64,000 nt of DNA from Tubulanus polymorphus (GCF_964204645.1 NC_134033.1:5108231-5172230); one strand, 5' to 3'; shown: positions 24,488 through 39,159, counted from the stretch's first letter. Notes: a model not told the origin generated them from the letters alone. Numbers and translations: made by a program.

Positions 24488-27400
24488 GGATCCCATTTGT
24501 TGTAACACTCTACTTCAAACCTGAAATCTCTTGTAAAACCTAGATATAGTAATCATGTTTTTAAGACGACCTAGTTCCATAGTAGTGAGTTAAACGTTAA
24601 ATCAGTTCATGTTCATACATCCAAATATTTTGATTAGAGTTTAGGGTCATGGACCCAGTTCCACGGTTGTTAGTTTGAGTTAACTCTGAATTAAAGTTAG
24701 TTCATTTTCAATGCGTTAACTTAACTCGGAACTGTGGAACTTGGTTCGTCCTCAATTAGTTATCTCGGAGCCGAATCTTTAAACTGATGACCCAATTTCG
24801 CAGTTGTAAGTTAGTGTCAACAGTTGAAATCAGTTCATATTTTATTGTTATAACTCCTCTGGGTCCAGTTCCACAGTTGTGAGTTGACTGCGGAACGGGG
24901 TCCTGGCCGGTTTCAGAAGATGGATTAAAACTCATTAAACGACTTCTCTTCGTCAATTCACTTAATAGTTAATCCTATCTGTGGCTTCTGGATTAAGATT
25001 CGACTGTACAATTTAGAATTAGAGTCATTTCGTTATGACGTTTTCATTGCCGCTGCTAACTTAACGCCAGCATTTTCCAAATAAATTGGAAATTCTATTC
25101 TGTATAACGCCATGTTTGCTATAAAGCCCCGTTAGCATTGGTCCCGTGGTATTGTAAAGTTCTTCAACTCTATTTCATTTTCCAAGTTTTCAACCCGGGG
25201 CCCAGATTCGCAGTCTTGACTTAAGGCCAAAAGTTTTTTAGATCTATAAACTTGTCTGACCGAAATGAGCTTACACCGGTCTTGTTAGATTGGTCGTAGA
25301 ACTAAGATCGGTTTTATATCTAAGCCATAACTGTGCAACTGGCCCCAGCAATCGAATCGAAAGGTATCAGACATGGATCCGGGATTTAACTAAAGAATCA
25401 TTTCTTCCTCACTATTGTGGAACTCGGTTCACAACTGTGGCAGCAGGTCGACATTGTTAAGGAAACAATTTGATTAATCTATTTTATCAATCAAACGTAT
25501 ACATGACACTCATAACAGATCTTCAAGATAAGGTTGATTTGCAGATTGCAAAATGTTTGTTTTAGAATTTTTCAGTAAAATTTTAACATTGAAAATATTA
25601 CTTGCTTGTAACTTCAAATTCCGGGGAAGGGCCTGTAGTTTCATGGAAGAACATCTCGGTTCATGATTGCTATCGGTATTTTAGTCAATACTTGGTCGAA
25701 TGGTTCGGACCAGTAATGGCTTAGAATTAAAAGTCATATGGTAAAAGATCATTAGACTAATACAAGTTACGACTGCATAATTGGCCCTAGTTTTCTTCCC
25801 GTTTCTTGTTGGTCCTCCTGTGATTTGAAATTTCAAATCGAGAATTTCATTTTTTTCAAACGGTTCTCGGGATGACGAATTCGTCTCAGAATGTCTCAGT
25901 TTCTCGGAAAGTCTCAGACACTAGTTTTGTTTCCGTGCTTAACAAATTGACTTTTAAAAACGAAATCGTTTTGTTTTTGCTGTTATTTTAAATGTTTAAA
26001 ACAACCATAAAATTACATCTAGTTTTTTTTTATTAATAATGCGGGAGAAATAGTGTAACTTTTTGTAATGGAAAAATAATGTCTCTTAATGTAGCGAAAT
26101 TTCGCTAATTCTTTTGCTATATTTTCAGAATAAAACGATTTTCGAAATAAAACGATCTAACAATTAGGTCAGGGTCACACAAAAAGAACGTCTTGATATC
26201 GTTATTTTTATGGATATTTAAAAGGACTGGTCCAACAAAAATGTTTTCGGCCCGTCTTATCAGTTACGGCTATAAACAATGACACAAATGACAAGTTTCT
26301 CCTAACTGGCTTGAATATTTTGGAAACTGCAATACAATTTGTTATGTTATCAGTTCCTTTCTATAAATGCGTTGTCTGTTGTGGTTGGCTTTTGATCAAT
26401 TTCATTTAGGGTCATCGTATTAATTGGCCAGTGGACAGGCATTTTAGCGCTTACTTCGATAAAGGTTGTCAGCCGGCTCAAAGTTCTATGCAAGGTCAAT
26501 TTTACAAACTAAACCCCTAACATAGTGAAATTTGGACCATGGGCTGTCCAAACATTTTTATTTTTTTACCGCAACTCAACACCCCGATAATAATTGATTG
26601 CGCCTTTGAGCATTACATCAGTTGAAAGGGCGCTGCAATTACTAGAATCACATCACTATCAATGCTGTTGTTTCACCTTACGTTGCGGGTGGAATCCTTC
26701 CATCCATCTTCAGAGTTGATTTGAATATGAGTTATATCAACTATAGTAGAATTCCACCCGCAACCCAAGGAAAAACAATATCAGGAGTTATTTAGATTTA
26801 TACTGAGGTGTTTCTCTAAATGACATCATATACTTAACTTTCATTAGTCATTGCAGTTCTGGAATAAACAAATTCAAATGTGCTCTGAATTTCTCCGACG
26901 ATCAATAGTATACGTGCATATGTACTTGTGATAGATATTCTTTCACTGTGAACATTTCTATCTTAAAATCTGAAAGAAAAATAAACAACGAGTTATAATC
27001 TATACGCGCAACGATTGGCAAGAAACTAATGATGAAACCGTCGTACGGTTTTTGAATCATTGTTTTTTAGCGGTTGCTTAAGGTACAAGTGTGTTCGAGC
27101 TGGTCCACTAACGAGCAAACCGCTGAGCGTGGATAATACCGGACAGCAGAGAGCTTCAGGGGCGCGGCGCAAATCGAAACTACGAAATAATGATACAGCC
27201 GAACGGACAAGACGGTGTTTTACCCCAGGAACGCTGAGGAATTCCAAGCGAGCCCGTTTTTCGTGTTGGACGGAGTCACCCAGAATAGGTACCGCCACCT
27301 CAAACTCGCAAACTCGTCTACCAGCATCAGATCTTACCATACATTTCGGGCTCGCTGATTCGGATACGCTGTCACCTAGTTGGTTTTGTATACGGGCCTA

Positions 27401-27637
27401 GTGGCTTCCCTGTACTTCGGTTACCGTGTTCGAATACAACCCTCTAGCAGTTATCTGGTTTTTGAAACATAATCCATGCTTTTCCGATCGACCAACGTCG
27501 TCGATGTCATAGTACTTTGGTTGTCACTGCGCTGGCAGTCGAATCGTCCGACAATTAGATCGCACTCAAGATTTCCCGTTCTCGAATTTGCTTCACTATA
27601 CGGCGGCAGCGAACGAGCGCTTAAACTGTTTTGCGAG

Positions 27638-27776
27638 ATGTTGGTTCTGAACGATCTGTTTCGTGATTTTCGCGTATTGGGTCCCAATGGAACATCGTGG
27701 TTGCGTCAAACTAACTATTGGCGTGAACATTTCACTATGACAGTTTATATGATTTTCTATCTGTTTATTTTCATCG
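27638..27776 (+). pseudogene. Orphan truncated exon 1 of a third melatonin-receptor-like GPCR copy, with its own upstream module (~26870-27637)
   Basis: Encodes the same MLVLNDLFRDFRVLGPNGTSW...FYLFIFI as 28655 onward, but breaks off before GFFGN and the splice donor. Confidence 0.8.
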
Positions 27777-28654
27777 CCCAAAAAAATGTGCCCAAACTCA
27801 AATTCAATGAAAAAAGTTCATTCTTCAATTCCGTTATGACGCCATATTTTCCATTAGTCCCAACAATGGTATAATGACGGACTTTGACTATTTTTTTCAC
27901 ATTATTCATTGGGCATCGCATTTATACTTAGAATTAATAGATCTAAACGTGGTCGGAAATTCTCCAACAATCAATTATATATTTGGAATACTTCTTTTAG
28001 TACTCGTTGATATTTCTAGTTATCTCATTCTGAAAAAAAGTAAATATCGAGTTGCAATCGATACGCGTCGCAAGAAACTAATGATGAAACTAGATCCGTC
28101 GTGCGATAGTTCTTAAACGGTTACCCTGTATTCGGTACAAGTGTAAACCGATCTGGTCTCCGCTAACAAAAGCAGAGTTTGGATAATACCGAACAAAGAG
28201 CTTGAACGCTCGTCGCAATTGACGTAATGGTCATGTGATATAGCCGAACGAATACTCCAGCATCGCCGAGTATCATATTTCGTTGTGAACGGAACGACCC
28301 GGATTAGGTGCCGCTACTAAGTGACTCGTCCAATCGTGTCGCACCAGCTCCACTAGGAGAATTCTTCGAGCTCGCCGGTTACGCGTCGGCCTGCGGGTGG
28401 GCTTTGTAGTTGGCTCCCCTGTATTTCGTGAACCGTGTTCGAATGGTAGCTAAATCCCGGCTATCTGGTTATCTGAACGATTGGTTTTCTAAATGCTTTT
28501 CCGATCGACGAACGGCTTGCGTGTCGTCGTACTTTCGTGGTCACTGTGCTGGCAGACGAATCGTCCGGCAACTCTATCGAGCACAAGGTTCCCCGTTCGC
28601 AAATTCGCTTCACTTAACGGTAACAGCGAACGAGCATTTAAACTGTTTTGCGAG

Positions 28655-31600
28655 ATGTTGGTTTTGAACGATCTGTTTCGTGATTTTCGCGTATTGGGTC
28701 CCAATGGAACATCGTGGTTGCGTCAAACTAACTATTGGCGTGAACATTTCACTATGACAGTCTATATGATTTTCTATCTGTTTATTTTCATCGTGGTCGG
28801 ATTTTTCGGAAATCTACTCGTAAGTAAACTATCTGGATCCAGTTCCATAGTTGTGTGTATCTAATTTGAATCGGACTCCTGTCCCACCACGGTGGTGTGT
28901 TATCAATCTAAGTCTGGACCCAGATCCACAGTTGCGTGGGTTTCGTTACACTCTGAACCCAGTATAACAGTGTTGTGTGGGTTTAATTCAACTCTGGACC
29001 CAGTTCCACATTCTTGTTTCGTTCACTCTGACTTTGAACCCAGTTTCACAGTTGTGTGGGTTTACTTTTTCTCTGCACCCCCAGTTCCAAAGTGATGTGG
29101 GATAAAGGTAAATAACACGTTCCCAAATGTTTTGATACTTTCTCAGTTTGTATCAAAAATATTGCCAATTTCTGGTCATTGAGTCCTGAAAAATGATAAA
29201 TTTACAGCGCAAAATCGTACAAACGTGTCAATTATACTTCTAAACACTTTATTTGCGGACCAGTTTATGAATTGAGCGTGGGCCATAGAGCGCTATATCC
29301 GCCTGTGATCTCGACTTTCAATTTATTACGTAAGCTATTCGTGAACAAAATGCGGCCGGCGCACAATAGAAACTTCGCTCTATGTATTCTTTCATTACCG
29401 CCGACAAAGAGGACCGATATTTCGCAAATTGGATTCGGGAGGTTTAAACCTCCCAAGGTCAAATCACTAAAATTGTGACCTTCGTGGAGATTATCTAAAT
29501 AGCCGATGGTAATCAAATTTAGCAGAACTTTTTACCCAAACGTTTAATGGTTGAAAATCTTTCAATGGCATTCCTAAGTATTTGATGAAAGTTGAGAAAT
29601 CATAAGATATTCATATAACCATGGACTCTAAAACCTAAATCGTTTAAGAGTCCCTGGTATAAAAAAAAAACTTTGCATAACGAAGAAGCAAAAATTCGAA
29701 TCTGATTCATCTGTTTGGAATTGATTCTTATGAAATGGAAACAAATGCGTGAGCACTACTCATTGATTCGTTCATTATTGTACTATATGTTTCATTTGTT
29801 GACCGTAAGACGTTGACATTATGTCAATTTCATTCAATTTACTTTGCGGCTTTACAACGGCTATTTCACTGGTTCTGCGTGATGAGATAATTCTGATTAA
29901 AGTTATTGTATTAATTTCTATATGTATATACGTAATGATACTCTTTCTGAATAAAGGATGCACGTTATTCGAATCCCCACCATTGTTCTCTACAATGTAC
30001 GTTAATCAAACTCACGATAAAACCAGAGCCAAAACCATGGACTCAATAAAGAAGAATCCGTGGTCAAACATACAATTATAATTTCCCCGTTAGTTCACTG
30101 ATGCCGGCAGTTTCTATCGAATGCAAGGATTCTAGCCAATCAGAGAGGCGCATGCAAACATCCATTGGCATGTAAGTTATAGTACAACTTAGACAATAAT
30201 CAAGGTGCGAGCCAATGTCAGTAACTAGAATATGTTCTTTCATCAAATATATATAACTCAGCAGTAGTCAGTTAGTTGAGTTTGTTTGACTTGTTTTGTA
30301 TTTCATCAATAAATCTATTTTAAAGTACAAACTAAACGCTTGAATTGCTTATAACACGACCAGGTATGAATTAGAATAGATTGGCTTAATATTTCGAATG
30401 CAAATTTGGCGATTAAGCAATCGGAAATTCGAAGTGCTTGAGAAATTTTGCAATACGCCCATTACTTCGAATAGCGATAAGTTCATTGACACATGTGACC
30501 ATTGTTTTGTTACTTTCGATAGCGATTCGAATAAGCTATGCGACAGCTAACGACAGCACAATCGCAATATCAACAGAAGTTCATTTTATCCTACATGATG
30601 AGGCTAAATTCAGTGAAATCGATCGTGTTCTGAAATATATATTTTCCTGGATACATTTTGTTTATTGTAGCTATTCTATGCGGTTTATACATTAACCTGC
30701 TATAACATATTGACCGTTTTCAAGAACCCAAAAATTACAATTTTCTGGGAATCTGTTTTTTCCAAAAACAACCCAAACCCGAAATTGTGTACAGTTAGTA
30801 CGCAGCGTATATAATATCGGATTAGAGAATATTGAAAAAACTTAGAAAAAGTTCAGTGAAGGAAAATAAGCTCAGCAGTGACAAATTGTCATTTCATCTC
30901 CTTCACGTGATTAATTGATGTCCAAATATGTTCTACCGTGAAAACTCTGCATTTAGCGTCAAACGAATTTTTGTATACGTATCTCAGGATGCATGCTCTT
31001 CAAAAAGGTAGCCTATTAGGAAAAAACTTATCCGGTAAAATCCTAATTTGTCCTAAACGATATTCCAACTATTATTTTGTTAATTATTCAACTATCATCA
31101 CTAACTGGGTAAGTTAGTTGAACTTACATAAAGATATATCATTAGGGACACTTCAATTTCATACCATTCAATATCATAAGGGAACAAAATTCTTTGAAAC
31201 TTGGTTAATGGTAGTTCTTAAGACTAGGTTTTGTTTCCGGAATTTACTAAATGTACCAATTCTAATAATTCACTCATTGAAGCTTCTATACATCAGAAGC
31301 GAAAGCTCGTGCGTCGAAATAAATAGTTAACCTTTAAAGTACTACTCGTCTCTTCATTTAAATTCAAGAAATATAAGTCTTTATTGATTCTTTTTTTGTT
31401 GGAATATGCATAACTTTTTCTGGGCAAATTTCTATATTCTGTCAAGTCATGGACGTTTTAGAGTCCATGGTCAAGGTATTTTGGCTATAACGAATATAAC
31501 TAACTCCCTGGGGCAACGATGTGGCTGATGAAATGATCTCTCCCATTGTAATCCCACCATTTAATTACTCATTGTATAACAACTCTCACAATTAAGCCTC

Positions 31601-34600
31601 GGACTCTTCAACGAATTATGAGTGCATGCTTTAGTATAGGCTCTGATATAGAGCATATTGTCTTGATTTAGAACATGTATGCATAAACTCTAGGCTGCAA
31701 AGAAATACGTATTCAGCGGCTCTAATCGAGTTAAATCTTTCGTGATAGATTAACACAGAAAGGCGGCACCCAATCGCTGCTTATTGACATTAGGCACAAG
31801 TCACTGTTATGTTCATTAGTAAAACTAATATATAATTACAAGTGAGGAGGGAAAATGTATAAATTGAATTTATAAATGAATTTATAAGAATTTAGCATGC
31901 ATCGGAGTGCACTTAAATTGGATTATTACAAAATAACTCACTTCAAAATTTATGATATTGTTTCATTGATATTTATTACTTTAAAGCGATTCACTTTAAG
32001 AACTTTGGTCAACAATAAGTCTGACCTGCAAATCAAATCATCGGGAGACAAAATACTGTTTCAAAAAATCATATTGCTAATACATTCCTAATCTTAACCT
32101 TTCGCCATAAACCTACTGGATTTAGGGCCTGGGGTAAAATCTAGGTAAAATCCTCACTTGGCGATTTTTCAAGAACATTTGAAAGCACGATATTTATTCA
32201 AACATATTCATCCACAATACAACTGCAATATATTTAACTGTGCATTGATCTCTTTTGATGAAATAAATCTTTAAATAAATTCATAGAATAAATGAAATTA
32301 ATGAACTTTTTATTCATACTATCTTTTCATATTCTTATTCATACTATATTTTAATTCGAACTAAATAACTCTTTTTAACTTGTGGTATAGTATGCTTATG
32401 ATATGGATTCGATTTACGTATCAATATTTTCATGTTGACGGGGGCCTGATGATGGCTAATAGCATTAGCCGAAACATTGCTCGTAGAACATTTGATTTTT
32501 AGCTGAATTCATTGTGGGATTGGTCTCGTTATTCACCATACACGGATATTGTGTATTTTCTTCTCATTTTCATGTTGGTTTTGAACAACTTAAATTTTGC
32601 GATTCTAATCCCTTATTAACTTTAGATGACAGTAATACCTTCAATTTACATGTAAAATATGATCACTGCTGAAAGTGTAATAAGGAATATATATTTACTC
32701 CAGTGACAATATTTTGATTCAAAGATTTAATTCAATCATCTAGTCCGAGTCTGTATGGTAAAACCTCTGGCTAACCAAGAGCTAACCGAATACCGACAAT
32801 AGAAGGTGGTCGCTTAAAAATTAGTTAATTTACGCAACAGGAATCTATCTTGATTTCAAGGGCACTTCAATTAATCGTTTCAATAGTGACCACTGTAAAT
32901 TAGCCAGTAGTTTCAACGACCGAATTCAATCAACCGATTCGTATCCTAAGAATGAGAATTGTATCTAACCACAGTAGTTATTCCTCATCAAACGTTCGTT
33001 CATCATATTATACATCTATACATCATTACTATCATCTTCAGTTAAAAGAAGTGCAATAAAATCTTGAATCTATGAGTTGAGTTTTTTTGAACATAATAAA
33101 TTGTGTTGATTTTATGTTAGTTAAATCAAATATTGGGAATATTTTACCGGGGGATTTTTACTTTGGGGATAATAAGCTAAATTATTTTATATCATCGGTT
33201 TTCATTAAGAAAAAAAAACAACTATTAATCTTAACTACACTTATATTCCTTTTGGAACATTAAGATTCTTTCATTGAATTTAATATGTTATTTCGTACAT
33301 AGTTCATCACAGTGCGTCATTCACGCTTAAATGTACAAAACGTCTTTACAGAGTTCAAAATATAAACCAACAATCTCATCTCAAGCATGTACTAGCGCTG
33401 ACGCTATGGGATAAAACCAAGTCTCGATTCATTGCCTAAAATGTGGGTACATTCATTCAAATCAGGACTAAAATACGCTTATATGAATATCTTGCATGAT
33501 ATCATTTTACATTACGGGTGTCTCATAGGCCTAGTTTTACTTGTACATTGTCATCAATTGATTAAACATCCCAAGTAACTTCTTTATTTACTTATGGCTT
33601 AATCACTGGTATTCAATAGCTAGTCGGCTATAGAAAGACTAACCCGATAAAATTCTATTAACCGTTCGTCCAGAGTCGAACACTCGCGCGTTAATTCGCA
33701 ACGATTTTAAAGAAAGAAAATGATTGCATGAAATCTACTTTTCGTATCAATCGGCGTCCAATCTCTTAAACCATCCTAAACACAGTAGTGTAGTAGTTTG
33801 TGTCTATTTGCTTTTGCTGATGTCATTTAACATAACAATGGAAATGTATTCGTTTATTTGGAAATTATATGAAGATATGGAGTAATCATGTGACAAATCA
33901 AATTATTACTGCAAGGCAAAACATAGCGCACTTCAGATATATGATATGGCCTTAAAGACTTTTCATATATTAACAGTCCAGTTTAACGTCTATTGATATG
34001 AATGGTCCAGTTTTGATATGACTGTCGCAACAGTTGGAATAAAACCTATGAAATCTAGGGGCATTTATCTCATGAAATTTAGATTTGAGATAATTGTATT
34101 GTATTGTATGAGGATTAAACATTTCAATGGCTGGTGATTATTTGTGATGAAGTAATCAGTGAGATGGACTGTGATTGAGGCACTCGGGTCAGATAATATT
34201 TTTAGATAAAACAGTGCATTTGTTAAAGCAGAACACATGATTTTAAACTATATATAAGTAGCTAAACCGTTAATTTTCATTCCTAACTTTTCATCACTCC
34301 CGATTATCAAAAATAATTCAACAGTTTGATTAACGGATAGTTGCAGTTAACAACATTTCTATCTGATAGAGAAGGTATACAGGTATACAGAGGAACAAGA
34401 AAAGAACATCCAACTAGACACTGAAAAATCTTTATTCGGGTTTTTTACCTGGGGCCTTTACCTTGGGGTATATTTAACAAGGGGATTTTTACTGAAAGGG
34501 ACCTTTACGGGGCGAGTTTTTACCCGATCACATCGATTATTGAATGACATGTTCGATAAAATCATGACAAAAACTGGTATCACTGGTACAATTTGCTAAT

Positions 34601-37600
34601 TTTCGCTGTTCGGGTGGTTCTGTAGACTATTGGCTATACCGTTGGTAACTGACTAGCTATTTGTATCACTGATCGGACTGTGAAAATATAGCTTTGACAA
34701 AACCACAACGAGAAATGAATCAAATGCAATATTTTACTCGAAAACGAGCTTAACCACGGAATCAGTAACGTTTTTTTACAGTCCATGGCTGAAATGACGC
34801 TATTGAAAAAATCAATGAGAAATACTGCCTCCGATTTTTATGACGAAAATATAGGAATGAATTCTGAACAGAATCAAATCAGGTTGTTCTTATTGGTATT
34901 GTGTATACATTTATTTCATTTATTAGATATTTCACGTAATTCGTGTAATTAGGAAAAACTCGATCCAATAATTGGTTTTTCTTTCGGTTTTACGTAATTT
35001 ACAACTTACCAAATATGGACTACATGGTTTGACATTAAAACCAGCGAGCATTATGGTATCAAGTTCAACCAAAATTGATAACGATCGGCCTTTCGTAGAA
35101 TCTCCCTGAAGGTCACAATTTTAGTAAATTGACCTTGGGAGGTTTAAACCTCCCGAATCCAATTAGCAAAATATCGGTCCTCTATGTCGGCGACAATAAA
35201 AGTACCCTGCGCGTAACTTTCTATTGTGCGCCTGCCGCGTTTTGGGCACGAGTAGCTTACGTAATCTTAATTGAAAGTTGAGATCACAGGCAGATATTGA
35301 GGTCTATGGCCCACACATAACATCATAAATTGGTCAGGAAATAAAGTGTTTTGAGGTATAGATGACACGTTTGTACGATTTTACACTGTAAATTTATCAT
35401 TTTTCAGGACTTAAGGACCAAAAATCGGCAATATTTTTGATACAAACTGAGAAAGTATCAAAACATTTGAGAACGCGTTAAATCTGGATCCAGTTCCACA
35501 GTTGTGTTGGTTTAATTTGACTCTGGATCCAGTTCTAGAGCTGTGTGGGTTTAATTTGACTATGGGTTTAATTTGACTGGGTTCAGTTCCACAGTTGCGT
35601 GGGTCTAATTTTACTCTGGATCCAGTTCCATGGTCGTGTACGTTAAATCTGACCGTAAATACAGTTGTGACTTAGTCAACCTGTGGAATTCTGTGTATAT
35701 ATCTTATATTCTATGTGGGATGTCTATCACCCATGCGGTTTGACACTTTAATCCATACATGTCGATGAAGAATCGGGTTAACCTCTTGCGAAACTGGGTC
35801 TTGGATCCATTTACACACCTGCCAATCAAACCATAAACCCATACTGCTCTGGATTCAATTTTATTTGGATCAAGTTACATAATACTCACCACCGAATCTT
35901 ACTTATTACTTTTTCCTCTTCATTTCTGCGGTAATTTTCGTTTACGGGCGTATACTAGCATATTATGCAAATTTTTCAGATTATAGCGGCGATAATGACC
36001 AATCGCCGTCTCCAGACATCCGGCAACGCGTACGTAATCAATTTAGCGATAGCGGATTTGGGAGTAACGCTTCTGGTCGACGGTAATAACGTTGCGGGTA
36101 AGTTAAAAATCACTTCATTCAATTTTACTTCAATTGGGATCAATTTAAGTTTATTCGACATTGATTACCACGAATAACGCATCTGTTCGGAATCCGAGAT
36201 ATCATTGCTAGTAAGACCAGGGGCGGATCTAGGGAAATCGGAAGGCAGGAGTCCAGAAGTAAAGACTAAGGTTTTTTTCAGAGAAAGGCGGGTGTCATAT
36301 AGGGGTGGGATCATGGTTTTAGTTAATTTTGAAGAAGAGATGCCATTATCGGAAGTATTATTTTCCAATGTGCAGGTTTGAACAATCCCCCAGGGCGACC
36401 TCAATGGGTCCGGACCCCTGACACCATCCCTTAAATCCGCCCCCGTAACAAAATCGATATCATCTTATTTTTGCATTCGATACGTTCACACTTTCACACG
36501 AGGGTTCAATTTTCATTCACATTGCCAATGAGGGCAATGATTCCAACTCACCGATTTTTGTTACATATTATAATTGCTGTATCGCACTCAGTGTCATGTT
36601 TCGTCACTTTCGTTCACAGGAGTTTTGTTCGGTCACAAAATCTACATCGAACTGGAGTTGGAATGGTTGTGCTACCTGTGTGGCTATCTATGCGGTGTAT
36701 TCTGTTTTACCTCATCCTTCAGTCTGGCCGCCATCGCAATAGATAGGTAACATTCTCATCGGCCGGGATTCGAACCTGATCGCATCGTGAGATGAAACCC
36801 TGCCTGATAAACCCTAGTGCGCAGCTACAAGTGTAGCTTAGATTAAGTCATCATATTAGCCCCGCGTTATTTCAGCCCGGGTTTTTTCCATTCATAGTTT
36901 AACCGTGAAATTTGCCTCGGCGATTATACAATGGCAATCAGATTGGTGGCGCAGGTGTTCTTGCGGCAAACCTGTGCATGTATCTGCACACTCGGGTCAG
37001 AGAAGCAGGGTTTTTGCCGTGGCTGGGTCAAGCGATGCGCCATCAGGTTCGAACCCCTACCGAAGCGAGATGGATAGGTAAAAATTATTACTTAATATTG
37101 AGCGGGTGGGCTAAGCTAATAAAAATGACAAGCTAGATCAACCTGTCCCGTGGAATCTTGAAAATGCAAGACCTGCCTTGTTTTGTGCATTACGAAGTTT
37201 TTACCGATTTGCGGAATGCGACAAACATACCATTCGTGCCAGCTATTGCTCTGCATACACTTCGAGATATTCCCCATTTGAACCAAAAATGACATACAGA
37301 CGCCCAGTGGCGTTTCCATAGACTACAGCTATGTCAGTCAAATATGGAGATACAGCAAAACTCGGGAAACTAAATAACTCACCACATCATCTCGTAAATT
37401 CTTTTAGTTCAAATTTATTTTTCCACTTCAGTTTGCCAAAAACAAGTAGTCATTTGGATAACTTTCGTTTCTTTTCACAGTCCTCGGTGACGACTTATCC
37501 GAGGTTGACTTTACAAGGTTGGCTCCAATCGGAATCGTTGCAAGTGCGCTGAGTATTTTCCTCCGATTTTTTCCGTAGGTTGTTCTTTTTGTGCCACAAC

Positions 37601-38212
37601 AATTTCTACCGCAAGTACTACTCGATGAAAACGACCGTTTGCATGTGTTTGGTGATCTGGTTATGTTCGTGTGTGTTGCGGTTCCCGATGATATTCGGTT
37701 GGTTGAAATGCAGCATCGTGTTCGACGACAAGGTCATGTTGTGTTTCTGGGATCGTCTGGCCGGATTCTGGTGTTCGTTATTCAACATGGGTTGCTTCGT
37801 TCTACCTTTACTCATCGTGTTCGTCGCCTATAGTCGTATATTTATATTCGTCTGGCGGAGCAAACACAAATTGAGCGCGTTCTCGGCGCCTGGTTCGGCG
37901 GCTAATAGAATGGGTAGCGGTAAGGCCGACGATACGGCAACCAAACTCGCGAAAAAATTTTTCATAATATTCATCGTCTTCGTCATCATGTGGATGCCGT
38001 GGGCGGTGATGAATATGGTCGGTACGACAAACCGCCATCCAAAATGGGTGGTGTTGGTATTATTGAATTTAGGTCACGGAAATTCGGCCGTCAACAGCTT
38101 CATATACGGAGCGACTAACCGCACGTTTCGCAGAGCGTACGAGGATATCTTACTATGCAAATTACGTGACAGGAAACGCACTCTTAGTAGTCGCACTTCG
38201 AGTACAAACTAG
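28655..38212 (+). CDS. Melatonin-receptor-like class A GPCR, paralog A (347 aa, 4 exons)
   Basis: Exons 28655-28819, 35980-36097, 36620-36746, 37579-38212 with GT-AG and phases 0/1/2; GFFGNLL, NLAIAD, AIDRLFFLCH, MWMPW, NSAVNSFIYG. Exon sizes match paralog B. Confidence 0.88.
29116..35477. mobile_element. ~6.4-kb non-autonomous DNA transposon with ~400-bp imperfect TIRs, piggyBac-like (TTAA) ends, in GPCR A intron 1
   Basis: 29116-~29520 is the reverse complement of ~35075-35477; flanks ATAA|CACGTT and AACGCG|TTAA; it splits the 39-bp minisatellite; no transposase ORF recognised. Confidence 0.75.
32438..32484 (+). ncRNA. Hammerhead-ribozyme-like motif (Penelope-type relic)
   Basis: CTGATGA-t-GGCTAAT agc ATTAGCC-GAAA core with a perfect stem II; stems I and III are poor. 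Confidence 0.4.
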
Positions 38213-39159
38213 CGGATACAAGATGGTAGAAAGGGATGGGTTCACCCATATCTTGAGGGGCACGGTTCAGAAAGAAAGACACATGAGAGTCTTTGAATCG
38301 ATTTATCCTGTTGATAACAATTTTAGACATTTTTGCTTCTACAGTGAATTAGAATTCATTTCTTCTACAAATTCTACTTTAAATGCATCAGAATCACTGT
38401 AAATCACTAAAAATGAGAGCAGATTGGATTTTCTAATTTTCTGCATGTTCCTCGATCGATCGGGATGATCAACGAAAGTCGTCACACAAGATCTACGTAC
38501 AGAACATTGTCAATGCGCTCTAATGCAAAATATTGATAGTTCAATGTCTTCTAGTGTGTTTAGCACATTTACAGTGCCCTTTGTAAACATTCGAAACACA
38601 TATGAATTACTGTGAAACTACGAGCATACGATACAGCATTCGCAGCGCCCATTTGTAAAAAAAAGAAATTGAGATAAACGTGACCTATGCTCTACCTCTA
38701 AAGTGTATTCACCCATTGAGTAAGAATGCACCAATGAGAAACTGATATATCCAGATTATACGGCCGAAATAAGAATTTTTTTCGTATCCATAACTCTCGC
38801 TGCGAGTGCAGCCATCAGTAATTTCGAGACGACGAAGTACAGATTATATGACTTCAACAATCGATTTCTTTTTCAGCATCGAATAATTTCAAAATTCCGT
38901 TTCAACGTCATCCATTTCAAGTGATCATTTCTTCTGTAATTATATTGTTGTCTTAGATGTTCCCTGCCTTTTCTTTTTGTGGCATATTTTCAGATAATTA
39001 TTCATGAAGGTCCTCCATCACGATCTCTCGGGAGAGGTCGCGATGTTGTGCCATCGGATTTTTGCATGAGCACTTTTTGAAAAAGGCACTTCGACCAAAA
39101 AGGGATGGGTTCGAAACCACGGAACTCATGCAACGACTGTATCCGTTGCTCATGCATGC

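Noticed and set aside
27028-27126. C/D snoRNA (ATGATGA ... CTGA)
   Set aside because: The box D equivalent is not conserved in the 28081 copy and there is no terminal stem.
37579-38212. Opsin identity for the tandem GPCRs
   Set aside because: Position 7.43 is His, not the retinal-binding Lys.
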